From Paraspadella gotoi (Eukaryota > Animalia > Chaetognatha), in assembly GCA_051294375.1 (NCBI GenBank), contig CM119265.1, forward strand, positions 25,033,256 to 25,097,255: a stretch of DNA of 64,000 bases, written 5' to 3'. The position numbers were made by a program, and so were the translations under genes. Shown one piece after another: positions 38,592-53,090 of this stretch; positions within the stretch are counted from its first letter, which is position 1, and each line of letters starts with the position of its first letter. The notes beneath the pieces are model-generated. The model saw nothing but the letters and a program-made list of their open reading frames with translations. It was not told where the DNA came from and made no database searches.

Positions 38592-39375
38592 AGTCGTACG
38601 TTGTGTTTACCTATTGTTATTTGTTTACGAGTTTGAATCTGTCAGCCGTTTCGGAAAAAAAAACTAAATAACATTCCTTTTTAAAAGAACGGTCGCTTTC
38701 TTGCCAGTATATTGTTAAATAAAGAAAAAAAAACCATCTATATTACAATTATTTTGTTTTTGTTTTTTACTTTGCCAGGACCAAAAGGTCTCTTCTCTTT
38801 TTATACTTTAGCTCACAAATTTCTCATCGCCCATTTTTTTTTATCCATCAATGAGTTTTATGGTGCCACCGAGTTTCATGGTGATTCATGGTGCCAGCGT
38901 CGTGGGCGGCGAAACCATTTTTTTCACATTATTTCACGTTTGCTTCGCCGCCTCGACTCACGATTTCACAGGTTTTTTTTCCCACAGTTTCGACCAATAT
39001 TATGAATTTTCTTGCTGTTTTTCGATCTTTACTTAACTTACCCTTTTTCCGATTCACAAAATAGACTCACTTTTTTCTTTCAACCTTCGTCTCTTTTTAT
39101 TCCTGAGCTACTGGCGAGTTTCCAAGCATTAATTCACACTTTCTCCATTCCTGCTTAGAATTTCTCGTTTCCCTACCCTCTCTAATAGAGAGTCTGTATA
39201 ACCTTCCCTTTTGAATTTCTAACCATTAACTCTCTTATCCTAACCCCAATCGTTTAGCTCCTAATATCTGCCCAATACAACCCGACCCCAATAACCTTTT
39301 CAACCCCAACCCCTCACCCCTAACCTCCTAAGCTTTCCCCACTTCCCCCCGAACCCCAACCCAACCTTAACTTAC

Positions 39376-39570
39376 CTTTTCCTGGACGCTCCAAGCGCTC
39401 TTCCCCTTGGGCGGTCGAGCGTTCTTCCGCCTCCAGCCTCCGCAGGCGAAGAGATAGAAATCATGGCAGGACGTCTGTCTCTCAGATCGAGGTTCTCCTT
39501 CATCGTGGCCGCCAGGCGGAGACAGGTCGGCGTCGGCAGAAGCCTTTGCGGGTCTTGACCATGTGGGGGT
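39376..39570 (-). CDS. Exon of an M13 (neprilysin/ECE/Kell-like) metallopeptidase, N-terminal ectodomain; frameshifted or partial
   Basis: Minus strand reads TCLRLAATMKENLD then CHDFYLFACGGWRRKNARPP, matching the M13 C.DFY.FACGGW motif; cag acceptor at 39571-39573, gtaag donor at 39371-39375. Confidence 0.7.
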
Positions 39571-41366
39571 CTGATAAAGAAAGCAGGGAAAAGAAGGGGG
39601 GAGGGGGGGGCAGGCAGATGAGAGGGTTTGTTTAATAGCCGATTGGACTAAAAAATTGTTATAAGTAAATATTGATATGGAAATGATTTATTATTTTTTT
39701 AGATGGAGATGAGAGAGAGAGAGGGAGAGATAAACTGAAGGTTCAAATGAACAGTAAAGAGAGGGGACGAAGTGACCTGAGAGGAGAGAGGGTCGGATCG
39801 GTAAACCAGCAACATGTCTTTCAATTATTATTACAGTTTTATTTTCTTCACAACCGTAAACGGTTTAAGTGAGAGAAAGGAAGAAGATTGGGAGGAAAAT
39901 AGAAAGGAAGACAGAGAAGAAAAAGTGAAGAAAGATTTGGAGAAAATAGGAAAGAAGACAGAAAAGAAAAAGAGATGAAAGGATTGGAGGAGAAAAAAGA
40001 AAAGAGACAGAGAAGAAAAAGAGATGAAAGATTGGAATAAAATAGAAAGGAAGACATAGAAGAAAAAAGAAGAAAAAAATTGGAGAAAATAGAAAGAAGA
40101 CAGAGAAAAAAAAGAGGAGAAAAAAAGATTCATTCGGACGGAAAGAGTGACTCCATCTTTTTCGCGTCTTTTCGTCAAAAAAAGAAAAAAAATGTGACGA
40201 ATATACGATCACCCTGTAAAATATGCGATCACACGATATGAAAAAAATATGCGAACAGGCGTTGTAAAAAGTGAGATGACGCGTTGTAAAATATGCGACT
40301 CGTTGCACCGGCCGCTCGCTGGGGCGAAAGACGGGGGGGGGTGTAGTGAGGGAAGATAAAATCGGGAAAGGAAAAAGGATGTGATGTGAAGATGTGAAAG
40401 AATGAGGTGAGAAATATGCGGCGGGAGGACGAGTGGAGAATTTCGTCAAAGATGTAGTGAGACTTATTTGTTAAAATGTTATTATTTAACGAGCTGTTTG
40501 AAAATTATTAAGGGGATCGCATTTATGAATATATAATAGTTAACTTCACACGGCGAACAATTTCATGAAAAAAATAAAAATTATCCCTTTCTTGCAACCC
40601 TACGAAGTTAACTTTTAGGCGTGAAAAATTCAGACAGACGGACAGACTGACAGACGGTAGACGGACATATGGACAGACATAGAGACAGACTAAAAAGGTT
40701 TATTCCCGTTTCTCGGCTTCGTTGGAGTCCGAGTTGAAGAGAAGTGGGTCAACGGAAGAAATCAACGACGAAGCAGAAAAATCAACGGAGCCTGGAAACG
40801 AGAGAGCATTTCCGAGAAACGAGGCAGCATTTCCGAGAATTATGCCTCCCACATTTCCGGGAAATACGACCGAGTCAGGAAATATTTCACTGAATTATTG
40901 TTAGGAAATGCGACGGAATGAGAGCAGATGTATGTCGAAGAAGGGATTTGACGAGGCGCAACTGATCACGTCAATGTTACAGAATAATTTACTATTTACT
41001 ATTTACAAGGTTATTGTCACTGAAAATGTTGCACATTAACTTTTGCCAAATTTTTGAATGGAAACAAACTTATTTCGTTTGTGATTAAACAATAAAACTT
41101 TACCTTTGATTATGATTAATTATCATTAATCAATGTTTGTATTAAACCTTTTTCTTCCCATACAGATCACGCTTGACTATAAATTATTTGATTATTTACA
41201 ATATTTGATTATTTTAAAATGTTGGTGAATAAAAAATAAAGCGATAATTTCTAGACACCTAAAACAAATCGGCTCGACGCAACTTGACCAAATCCCAGGA
41301 AGCCGTGGATAATAGATCTCAAGAAAAAACGTTTAATCCGAAAAAAGAAAACCATATTATTGGTCT

Positions 41367-41400
<34 letters not shown>

Positions 41401-41434
41401 CTCTCTCTCCCTCTCTCTCTCCTCTCTCTCTTCT

Positions 41435-41474
<40 letters not shown>

Positions 41475-41601
41475 TCTCTCTCTCTTTCTCTCTCCCCTCT
41501 CTCTCTCTCCCCCACCCTCTATCTCTCTCTCATATTATTGGTTAGCTCTCTAACGCGAAACAAGGGAACCATTTTTCCGCTCACATGCGGAACATAAAAA
41601 A

Positions 41602-41693
<92 letters not shown>

Positions 41694-41966
41694 CCCAGAG
41701 GTCGCGCGAATCGAAACAAAAGAGCACCGCCGCGCCTCGTTGTCGAAATGGAATCCCAGATGACGTCATAACCTTCGGCACGAGTTGAGTGGTGACAGAA
41801 GGGGGGGGAGAGGTGGTAGGGGGGGGAAGAACCCGGGGCCTGAGACGGGCAGTGGAAGGGGTTAGGGCTTGTGGGGTGGGGGAGGATGTGGAGGGGGTGG
41901 AGGAGAAATAAAATGGTTGACGATATGGGGGACAAGAGAGACAGAAAGAAATTCAAAGAGGAGAGA

Positions 41967-42024
<58 letters not shown>

Positions 42025-42689
42025 AGAGAGGATTCGTTTCTCCGAGACGTCAACGTCTACTCAACCGTTGCTTACGAAGCTGGAAGCGTGAAGGCGTGGA
42101 GAATGACGACGACGATGACGACGGTGAGAAAGATGAACACGACGACGACGATAACGACGACGACAACGACGACGACGAAAACGAGGAAGATGACGAGGCG
42201 GATGACAACGACGGGGACCGGAGGCTTGTTCAGTGTTCAGTGTTCAGGGTCGAGAGAAAGACATGGGGTAGGAGCAGTACCTGAGACTGTGGAAAGTGGA
42301 GCATGGGAGGGGGCTTGAGGTTGGAGCTGGGGTCAGGGCTGGGGCTGGGGCTTGGGCAGGTGAGGAGGCTGGAGCTCGTAGATATCGTTATCGTCAGCAA
42401 TTTTTGACGGAGCACGACGACGACGACGACGACGACAATTTTCACTACGTTGGTTGATAAACTAAATTCCTGAGCCTTTTAGCTAAAAGGTGACGAGTTC
42501 AATTCCAACGATAATGCGATTGTCTTTTTGTCTTGTGAACCACGTGGCATCAACAGTAACAACAACAACAACAACAACATTAAACAAAACGATAACAAAC
42601 ACGTTAAAAACAAAATATAATCACAAGAATTTCGTTTCTCGCCAAGTTTACGTCAGATGGAAAAGGAAGACTCTATCTCTGTCTGTCTG

Positions 42690-42753
<64 letters not shown>

Positions 42754-42770
42754 ACTTTCTTTCCTTTCTA
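42690..42770. repeat. (CTTT)n microsatellite
   Basis: Direct tetranucleotide run. Confidence 0.9.
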
Positions 42771-43964
42771 TCTCTCTCTCTCTGTTTATCTCTCTATCTC
42801 TTTCTCATTTTTCCAATTCTTGTTACAAAGTGGCGAAATATGAGCGCAAGGTGGAAAAATAGAGAGAGAGAGAGAGAGAGAGAGAGAGCAGAGAGAGAGA
42901 GAGAGAGAGAGAGAGATGCGGCATTAGTAAAAAGAAAGTCGGAAGAAAGAAGGAAGCAGAATAATGCATGAAATGGACGTAAAAAGGAACGAGGAGATAA
43001 AAAGAGAAAAACGGAGGAAGGAGTAAAAGAAAAGAGGATGAAAAAAGAGGAGAAGAAAGAAAATAATGAAAAAAATGTTATAAAGAATATTATGAACAGG
43101 AAAAAAAAACTAGTGAGGAAAAAAAAAAACAAACCATAATGGAGACAAAAGGAGAACCTGCCTATCTGCCAATGTCTGCTCATCAGTTAGCAACACATAG
43201 TGGACATAATTCCGTTTTTCGAAGGCTATATATTGTTTAAAGTAATTATTTTAATATTTTTCTTTTCTCTTGTCAGTGCTTTTTCCAGACCAAAAAGAGT
43301 CTGTCTACGATCTGTATTTGCTTTTTGTTCTGAAGCAACCTTCGAACAAAAACGCTTAGATTTAATGCGAATTAAAAATCATTATTATCTCAAAAAAAGG
43401 CCTATTTACAATCAAGTTTTTATCATCTTTTATTATAAATATAACGCTCTGTCATGACAATTTTTTTCTCGTATTAATCACATTAATTATTCCAATAGAT
43501 CGTTAGTTGATTTTCAAATGGCAAACATTGCCGATTCTCTCTCATTTCGTAATGAATATATATAATATAATAAATATTATTTACCTAATTGTCCATTAGA
43601 AAAAAACAATCTAGCGAAAAAAGTATTTTTGTTATTGGAAGGCAACTGCTAAGTAATTAGCGATTTCTTTCCAATTAATGTGATTGTTTTCTCTTTCTCT
43701 CTAAAAAAACAAACTTTGTAACAAGTATACCGCCTATCAAGTAGTACACTGCCTGGGCATTTTTTTCTGGTAAGTTCTGGTAAGTTCTGGGAAGCTTTTT
43801 TTTTATTACTCATACAAGTATGACCTTTTTAAAAATCCCTTGGAAAAAAAGGACCCTAAAGGACAATTATCTATTATTTATTTGTTAGATTTTTATCAGT
43901 ATCTTCGTAAAATCAAAATGATAGCCTCCTGGTGGAGGCCTTTTTGGAGGACATTATACTTTCG

Positions 43965-44029
<65 letters not shown>

Positions 44030-44288
44030 CTTTTCTATCCTCACAAGTCCTTCAGTTGCAATTTGATGCGGCAGTTTGCTCATCGTTTTCTCTCTGAAAT
44101 CAATGACAATTTTTTTCAAAAACTTTGTCAAGATCATTTTAAATCTAAAATATTATTAATACCGAGTTTCTCCAATTCCCAGGTAAAAAAAGAGAATATT
44201 TGCGAATATGGTCATACGAATTGAATCAGGCCATTTTAATTGAATACCCATTTCTGCTCAAATGTTATTTTTCTTTATATTCAGGAAA

Positions 44289-46826
44289 ATGGTGGACATG
44301 AAACTCGTCGAAGTCATTTTTTTTTCTATCCTTGGATTTTTAGATTTTGCGACTGATTTAAGAACGATAATCAGTCATCTGATTTCACTTCAATATATCT
44401 TTAAACTATTTGGTTTGATATTTTTGGTAATTTTTCTGCTTCATAACTTGGTTTCAACTGGATATGGACTGGTCATTATCACGAAAAATACCGATCGTTA
44501 TCCCAGACTGTGGAGTTCCTTTTGGCGAAGAGGAATGACGTTCACTTCGTTATTAACGGGAATGGGCTCTATCATCTTGGCAATAGATTTTTTTTTGGAT
44601 TATCAATCCTCGATGAGAAGTACAAGTCAAAATATTCCACGTCGATTATTTAAGGAAAAAATTCATTTCGACATGAATATCATACATGTTTTTGTGGAAT
44701 CTTTTTTGCAAATGCTGGCACAAACAGCGGTGACTGTCTTTAACATGTCATTCAAAAATGAGTGGCAATGCGTTCCGGACTTTGAAGATTTTATGCGGAA
44801 TTATACTATGAGAAGAAAGTTCAAAGGAAATTTATTTCATCAATTGAATAATTTCAAAGCTATTAAAACCAAATATGATTGTAATTGCCATAGAGTTGAC
44901 GGGTAAGGAGTAAGGACTATATCATAAAACAGAATAGAATAGAAACAAATGCTCAAAACGGTTTGGCTAATTATTCATACAGTGATAAATTCTTTATTAA
45001 CCTAGTAAAATAATTCTAAATCGACTTGATGGCTTTTTTTACATAGAGCTATCTCTCTCTCGAAAGTTAATACGGGATTGTTAGGGAAAGGAGACCACAG
45101 TTTCTGCCAATAAAAAAGAAATTGTTGTTAACACCGATATTTTTTATTTTCTAGTGCCTATCAGTTTTCCTGCTACTGGAAAATTACCGAGTATTTCATG
45201 ATAATTTCCGCCGCCTTCTCGACGGCTTCCGTCGCTATCACAGCATCGAAGATCAGAACTTTGAGAATGAAATTTAAGCCAAAGTACCAAAGATTCGTTC
45301 CGATGAGCCACGCGTTAGGATGTCTTCAAGGAATCATGGGCCTGTCCTTGGGCCTTTACTTCATTTCGTCTCTCTCCCTAACGTATGGCCGATGGTACGC
45401 ATTATGGGCTCCCCTTCTTATGTTCAGAGTCATCTCGTGGTCGGATCTGCGTTTTCTCATTAAACCGGGAAAACGAGCGAGAAGCGTCGATTGGATCCAA
45501 CGGTTTTTCATGATTTTTTTCAACTTGTGCCTAGTTTGTTTCAATAAAATCCACAAAACTCAAATGACGATACATTTGCTGAGTGAATTAAAACTGAACT
45601 GGGGATTCGTCAGTCCTCATCCTCACGCAACGGCGACGACTAGAATGGATATTTTGCTGAGAGGTCCTGATATTTATAACTATAAAATAGTAAAAGTCTT
45701 TGTTTTAAACGACAACATAACGGAATGGGCAAATTTGCTTCAAAATTACTTTTCACAAATAAAATTCAATGAGCTGGAAAATGGTATAACTGATCATTTA
45801 CTTCTTCGATTGAACATGGGAAATCGATTATTGTTTACTATTTATAATAAAACACAACGCGTTCTGTTATTAATTGAAATTTTTAATAGTTTCATTGATA
45901 TTTTCCTGCTATTGATATTTACGGGACAATTTTTAAAATGGTTATTAGTTTATGAATCTTTTATTTTTTTTGTAGCAATATTCCTGCTAAATGAAACAAT
46001 GAATAAAAATTCTACTTCTTCATTGTTTGGAAACCGTGGCGGGAACATCGGTAAGCTACCTTCAAACTTTTGTTTATTAATGATTTCAATGTTGTTTTTA
46101 ATCATTTTACAAAGAGTTATCACGTTGAAAAATCCAAAATTTCTGGGGATTTTGATAACATTGTTTTGTTTAGTAAGTTCAATTTTTTTGCCACAACAAG
46201 TACATAATCTCATTCGGGGAATTAAGAAGAAAAAAGAGGTCAAAAGATTGGCTAGAAATATTTGCGGGATTAACAGTCCTTACCAAGGGCCAGTTCCTTC
46301 TTTTCCCTGGGATGAAACCATAAAAGCATTTTTCTCTTACGTCTATTTTAATGACAATTTTTTCTTTTTCTATTGTCTCTCTTTTTTACCTATTTTCAAC
46401 ACTCTTTTCGCTATAAAATCTAGGAGAACAAGAACTGAATTTTTTAAAAAGCTTATTTTTATATTGATTGCCGGAACATTTTACTCATTCCTTTTCGTAA
46501 TTTTTAATAAGAAAAATTCAAAAATTGCTTCTAAAGAGGAAATGAAAATTTTAGCTTATGCAATGACAAGGGGTTACGAAACGTTATCTGGTGATAGAAA
46601 GATAATTGTAAGATTTTTTCAATTGCTCGACAAAATGCTAAAATGCTGTAAAGCTCCATCAAGTATCGGTTCTTGCACTTATCTTGCTCGACTATTCAAC
46701 TCTAGTATTTATCCTTACATTTACAATTTCACTGGATTAGTTGATCGACACTTTACCGATTTTGCTAACATTTCCTGCTTAGTTTATCTTATATTTCCAG
46801 CTCTGATTATACTTTCATTCAGCTAA
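44289..46826 (+). CDS. XK-related (Xkr/CED-8-like) multipass membrane protein; join(44289-44902, 45155-46826), about 761 aa
   Basis: D..TD in the first helix (LDFATD), HVFVESFLQMLAQ resembling XK-family ES.PQ..LQ, SAAFSTASVA; phase-2 GT-AG intron fits; many hydrophobic segments; AATAAA at 46852. Confidence 0.7.
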
Positions 46827-48399
46827 GAATGGAAAACCTATCCGTACTGCAAATAAAAAACGCTCGGAGAATGTCACTGTATGCTGTATAGTAATTTAAT
46901 TTGTCTATCTGTGTAGTTATTCAGTTATTATATTTCAGTAGATCTAATATTAGAAAATTTGCTATGATTCAGTCGTGAAAAGTATGTATAAAAAAAAATT
47001 AAACTCCATTTATCAATTAACTATTGACTAAAAAAACTATGAAACTGTAATGTACGAACTACGAAGTTACGAACTTTATTATCAAAATGTCGCTTTGCTG
47101 ATTACGATTTTGTTGCCCATGAATACTGTTTTGACTACTAGTTTTTATTTGCGCCGCGAGTACTCGCGGAGCAACTCTATAAGTCACTTTTCGGTCGGTT
47201 GGTCCATCGGTCGGTCAATCGGTATGTCTGTCCGTCAGTCTATCCCACTTACGTTAAAAACGCTTATAACTTACCTATAGCTTGTTGCTCATTTGTTAAA
47301 AATCAAATCTAAGCGACTACTGGCGCCGCCTTTTGTTTTTAAAGAAATCTTATAAACTATAAGGAATAAATGACATGATAAGTAAAAAGAAAAGTAATGC
47401 GGCGCAACACCTTTGAATAACTGTTCCTTGTTTTAAGAATTTTCATAGTATTTTTTTTTCTTTCTCACTAATATGATGAATACCTGAGCTTGTCTCGCCA
47501 AGCGTGCTGTGGTCACACATCATTGTCTCTTTTTAATTTTCGAAAAATGAATGCGAAGGAAAATATGTTTTTTTAACAACTTTATTTTTAAGGTGAAAAT
47601 CGAATATCGAAACAAAACATATTTTTTTAAATACTTTGTGAAAGAATTTTTAAAAATGGATCAGAACTTGAACTATAAAAATTGGTATTATTAAATTTAA
47701 GCTTTAAATATTTTTATTATTGTATATAAATACCGCTTACAAGCTTGAAATATAAACAAATTATCAAAATGTTTTCTTAGGTCCTTATTTTTATTTTTTA
47801 TGTGCTAAATTTCAAGCAGAAAAAAATTGTAAATATGATCTTACAGTGTTCACGTCTTTTTATTAAATTTTTTTATGCTTTAAAAATCGTCATATATGAC
47901 AAGAAAGATATAATTTAAAAAAAATCGTCATCACCATTAAATTCATTAAACTTTTTTACGGTAAACAACGACAACAACAACAACCTTAACGACTCTTAAA
48001 CTTACCTAAACCGTGACCTACGACTTAATTTGTGAAACGTCTTCTTATTTTCTTCTTTAAATTCCTGCCAAGTCATTTACCAAACCAGTTTGATATCTTG
48101 TATTTTGTTATATTTTTCAACTCCCGACTGACCGTCCGTGCGACCTTCGGTCTACCTTCTTTTAGTTTTACGTGACAATAACTCAAGTGGTCTGATTAAT
48201 CAAGTTTTGATTAATATAGATTAATACATGGCTGTACTACGTAACACTTATTGTGTACTATAAGCTCCTGTAACTAAAATTTTTTTTTTTCAATTTTCCT
48301 GTAAACAAAGTAGCAGTCAACTCCTATTATTGTGATACTACGTAATGATAAGTATTCCCCGATCTAATACTTCAGTTCATTTTATGCATTCTTCGAAAC

Positions 48400-48610
48400 A
48401 TGTCACCACTTCATTTATAGGGAAGCCAGTTACACTAGGATTTAAAAAACGAGGTTGAAAGCCTTGATTGAAAGCTTGAAGGATCTTGCTATTTTATTAT
48501 CTTGCACAAAGGATGTAGGACTTTACCCATCATAGCCAGTCCAAAGTCAGGGGCAAGATAGCTTGTTTTATTAAATGAATGGATAATTTCTACATTTGTT
48601 GTACCAATTT
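48400..48610 (+). repeat. Dispersed repeat family A, longest copy
   Basis: Matches 36780-36997, 595-650 and a 3' fragment at 51900-51960. Confidence 0.7.
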
Positions 48611-48853
48611 GATAATTCGACGTCATAGATCAGAATCACCAAGAGAATATTGCTGAGTGCGGTCTGGGTTTATTTATGTTTGTGTGTGTGAGTGTGTGCG
48701 TGTGTGTGTGTGCGTGCGTGTGAAAGTGTGTGTGTAATACACACTGTGCATGAGCGCTCTGCTTGTTACTGATGGTGTGGTATTGTGACTGTTTGGATTG
48801 ATGTTATGGTTGTGGTTTTTGTCGTTAGATTAGGAGATTAAGGACAATGCGTT

Positions 48854-48958
<105 letters not shown>

Positions 48959-49127
48959 ACAACGCCGCATCGCCGTCATCTTCTATAATTTAAACCCTTG
49001 TCCACGACTAATGCCCTTTCCAATGCCCTTAATGCATGATGCCGCATTCATAATGAATGATAACCGTGGGGACGCGCTATAGATGGGGCGCCCTGAGCTT
49101 TCTCGTGGGATTTTGCGTCGCCCGAGG

Positions 49128-49775
49128 CGAGGATGAGGAGAGGATGAGGAGAGGTTGAGGAGAGATGAGGAGAGGATGAGGAGAGGTGAGGAAGAGGTTG
49201 AGGAGAGGATGAGGAGAGGATGAGGAAGGATGAGGAGAGGATGAGGAGAGGTTGAGGAGAGGATGAGGAGAGGATATGAGAAGAAGAGTGATGAGGAGAG
49301 GATGGGGAGAGGTTGAGGAGAGGTTGAGGAGAGGTTGAGGAGAGAGATGAGGAGAGGATGAGGAGAGGTTGAGGAGAGGATGAGGAGAGGATGAGAAGAG
49401 GATGAGGAGAAGGATGAGGAGAGGTTGAGGAGATGATGAGGAGAGGATGAGGAGAAGGTTGAGGAGAGGATGAGGAGAGATGAGGAGAGGTTGAGGAGAT
49501 GATAAGGAGAGGATGAGGAGAGGTTGAGAGAGGTTGAGGAGAGGATGAGAAGAGGATGAGGAGAGGTTGAGGAGAGGATGAGGAGAAGATGAGGAGAGGA
49601 TGAGGAGAGGTTGAGGAGAGGTTGAGGAAGGTTGGAGGAGAGGATGAGGAAGAGGATGAGAAGAGGATAAGGATGAGGATGAGGAGAGAGATGAGGAGAA
49701 GGATGAGGAAGAGGTTGAGGAGAGGATGAGGAGAGGATGTGGAGAAAATGAGGAGAGGATGAGGAGAGGATGAGT
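49128..49775. repeat. 11-bp minisatellite (TGAGGAGAGGA/T)
   Basis: Long imperfect tandem run; source of the SSSPHPLLIL pseudo-ORF. Confidence 0.9.
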
Positions 49776-50042
49776 CCAACTGAGATTTTTTACTTGGTCA
49801 TTTGTATGTTGGTGTCCTCAGTGTATTTATTCCTTTTAGTGTCGTTGTCGTTGTTGTTGTTGTTGTCGTTTCGACGTTCGACCTCGAAAGCGAATTCGAT
49901 CAGTTAAAAAAACGACAAACGACGACGACGACGACGACGAAGGCGAAAACGCGGGTCTCGTTCGCTGTTACGGTTATCGTCATAGTAGTCGTTGTCTTCG
50001 TCGTTATCGTCGTCGTCGTCGTCGTCGTTGTCTTCGTCGTTA

Positions 50043-50073
<31 letters not shown>

Positions 50074-52699
50074 TGGGAAGACTGACTCGTCGTCTTGGCA
50101 ACGAGTCAAAACATCTTTTTTTCCCTCGAAATGAAACTCGTTTTTCTGAGAATGAATAGAGATAAAAAAAAAAGAAAAAGAAAAAAAAAAGAAAAGAAAA
50201 AGAAAAAGGAGAAAAGAAAAAGAAAAAAAAAGAAAATAAAAAGAAAAAGTAGAAAAGAAAAAGAAAAAAAGAAAAAGAAAAAAAGGAGAAAAGAAAAAGT
50301 GGAAAAACAAAAATAGAAAAAGAAGAACAAAACGAAAAATAAAGAAAAAAAAGAGAGAAAGTTGATCTCGATCTCGATGATGTCACCCAGTAAAGCCAGA
50401 ATTTTGTCGTTGTAGAAGTCAGGCGGTAGGGAAATGACACCCTACTCCACCTAACCTTAATCCCTAACCTTAATCCCTAAACGCTAATATTCTATCCCCT
50501 ACAACTTAACCTTATCCCTAACCGAAAACCATAAAACAATTCCCCGATCCTGACTGATGTCAACCCACCCAGAGAGAGAGAGCGAGAGAGATTCGCTGCT
50601 CCGTCAGACGCGGCGCATCGCAAGAGCATTTCGCCCCAATTTCATTGTATTTTAAATGGCGAAAACCAGTAAATTTTCGTAACCCGAGGAAAAAAATATC
50701 CTAATAATAAAAAAAAATTATTTAATTATTTCATGTGGAAATATATATTCATTATGTAACTTTTTCGGTTTTTTAACTTTTTTTCTTACCCTATTTCGAT
50801 CTGGATAAGATTATCGTTTATGCGACTTTTTTTTTATGTTAAACTTAGAAAAACTGAAAGACAAGTTTCGTTTCACTAATATTTTTCTTTGACAAAGCGG
50901 AAGGATGGGCAAACCTGACGACACCGATAATTGCACTTTTTCATGCGCTAAAAATTCCTCTCTTCCTTTCTCACTTTTTTCTTCCTCAAAGCAAGCAAAT
51001 TTATTTTTTTCATAAAAAATTATTGGAAATCCAGTTTTTTTTTATTATTTTGCATTAATTTCGGGAATTAATTCCTTTAATACTAAGATCGTTACTTAAG
51101 ATCGTTTCTTTCCCACCTAAACAATATCGAAGGCTACGATAATTAAGTTTTTAAGCCCTCATAACTACCTAGGCTTGGTTAAAGCGCTCTTCGCCACAGC
51201 TTGTAAAGGTGTAAAACTTTTTTCGAAACGAGCGATGTTTTGTTGGAATCCCACAGCCGCGCAGTTTAACCCGAATGTGATCTGTTGCAATGGAATTTCT
51301 TTCAATTTGCGTCGATCTTTCGTTCGTACAATTTTTTCGTCTCTTTCTTCCGCCAACCAACCTGTCTATCCAGCACCTCACTTTCTATCCGGGCATCTCA
51401 CTTGCTCTCATCAGACCAGGCTTCGCCTTTCTAACCGGGGAACTCACTGTCTGTTCGGGGCACCATCATCGCCACAGTCTCGGAACTGCGCCTCTTCCTA
51501 AGTTCCGGAAGTTCTGACGTCCGGGCCGTATCCGCGATTCTGTATGTGGAAAGAAGCATTAATTTTGGTAACGCGCTCTTCTCTCTTCTCCTATCTATCT
51601 AGTCTATCTATCTCTATCCTATCTATCTTTCTATCTCTCTCTCTCGCCAACTAAATCCCGCTGAGCGTGAATTTACCGTATAAATACGTTTCGCCAGTTG
51701 TTACCAAACGCCCACCGCTACGTCAATTTTTCTGACGAATAAATCTCTCAGCAATAAGTCGTACGCGATATTATAAAGAGAGGATGAATGATATAAAATA
51801 CGACAGGAAGATTGCTTTAAAACGATAAGCGAAGTGGAATCTAGATTCAGTGGTAGTCAATTAAATTTCTTAATTCCGTCAGTATGGAGGCCCCGAAAAA
51901 ATAAGGGCAGGATAGCTTATTTTTTTAAATGGAATGGATAATTTTTATATTGGTTGTTAACATTTCATTTCTATAATGATTGGTGTAGAAGTTCAAAAAG
52001 AAAATACTCCCGTACTTAACATTTAAGCACTTCTGAAACCAAAGACAATTTCTTTTCCGTATAAAATGAAAGGTGAGGACACAATTTAGATACGGATTCT
52101 TAAAAAAAAAAGATATAAAATGTTGAATTCACAAAAAAAAATCTCCCATGGCTCAAGAGAAAATGCCTTCCGAACTCGGATCGACGCTCGAGACGGAATC
52201 GCGTCGGAAAAGACGAAGACCGATACGTCCTTCTTCGCCGTGAGGACGATGGCGATTCTTGCTGCGCCGCCACCGAGAGAACCGGGTATAGTTCGCCATG
52301 CCGGTTGAACTTCGGTCGAAGCAACCCCACGACCCGCACTGGCCAGGCCTGCGTTATGAAAAAAGTTCCTGGGTCAGCCGGTCATGGGCGCGGCTTCGAT
52401 AAGAAAAACAGGTCGGCCGTCATAAGGGGCGAAACGTCGAAATATGGACGAGAAAAAAAATGGGCGTCTAACGCATGGCTTGCGTCAATATAGAGGAACG
52501 CGGCAGAAGAATTTCGGTTTAGTGTCCAGCCGAAAGGAAGGGGGGGGAAAAAAAAATGTTTTGGGGGGAAAAAGGAATGAAAGGACTTCAGCGTTCAAAG
52601 AAAGCGATATTACTTGACAGTTTGATGGATAAGCTGGCTTCGCTTGGATGGAAGTCGCATTAATCAAGGTCATTTCTTTTTATCTTTTTAGGCCGTCTC

Positions 52700-52707
52700 C
52701 TGAGGTC

Positions 52708-52769
<62 letters not shown>

Positions 52770-52892
52770 TTTGCTTAAATCCTTCCCAAACCCCCTGAAG
52801 TTCCATTTGGTCCATTTGGTCAGTTCTTTTTTTTTTGGGCGGCGGCGGTCCCTGAGCGTCTCTCTCCTCTCTCTCTCTCTTCTCTCTCCTCT

Positions 52893-52923
<31 letters not shown>

Positions 52924-53051
52924 TCTACTCTCTCTCTCACTCTCTCTCTCTCTCTCTCTCACCTTTGTAAAATCCTTCCCAACCCCCTGAAGTCTCATTT
53001 GGTCCAATTTTGGGATCAGCTTTCTTTTTTTGGGGGCGGGTCCCTGAGGTT

Positions 53052-53090
<39 letters not shown>

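Noticed and set aside
41869-42445. Acidic, Thr-rich or Val-rich ORFs as the M13 transmembrane exon
   Set aside because: Derived from (GAC)n trinucleotide repeats; no clear splice sites
51150-52500. GC-richer blocks that might be exons
   Set aside because: No consistent frame or recognisable motif on either strand
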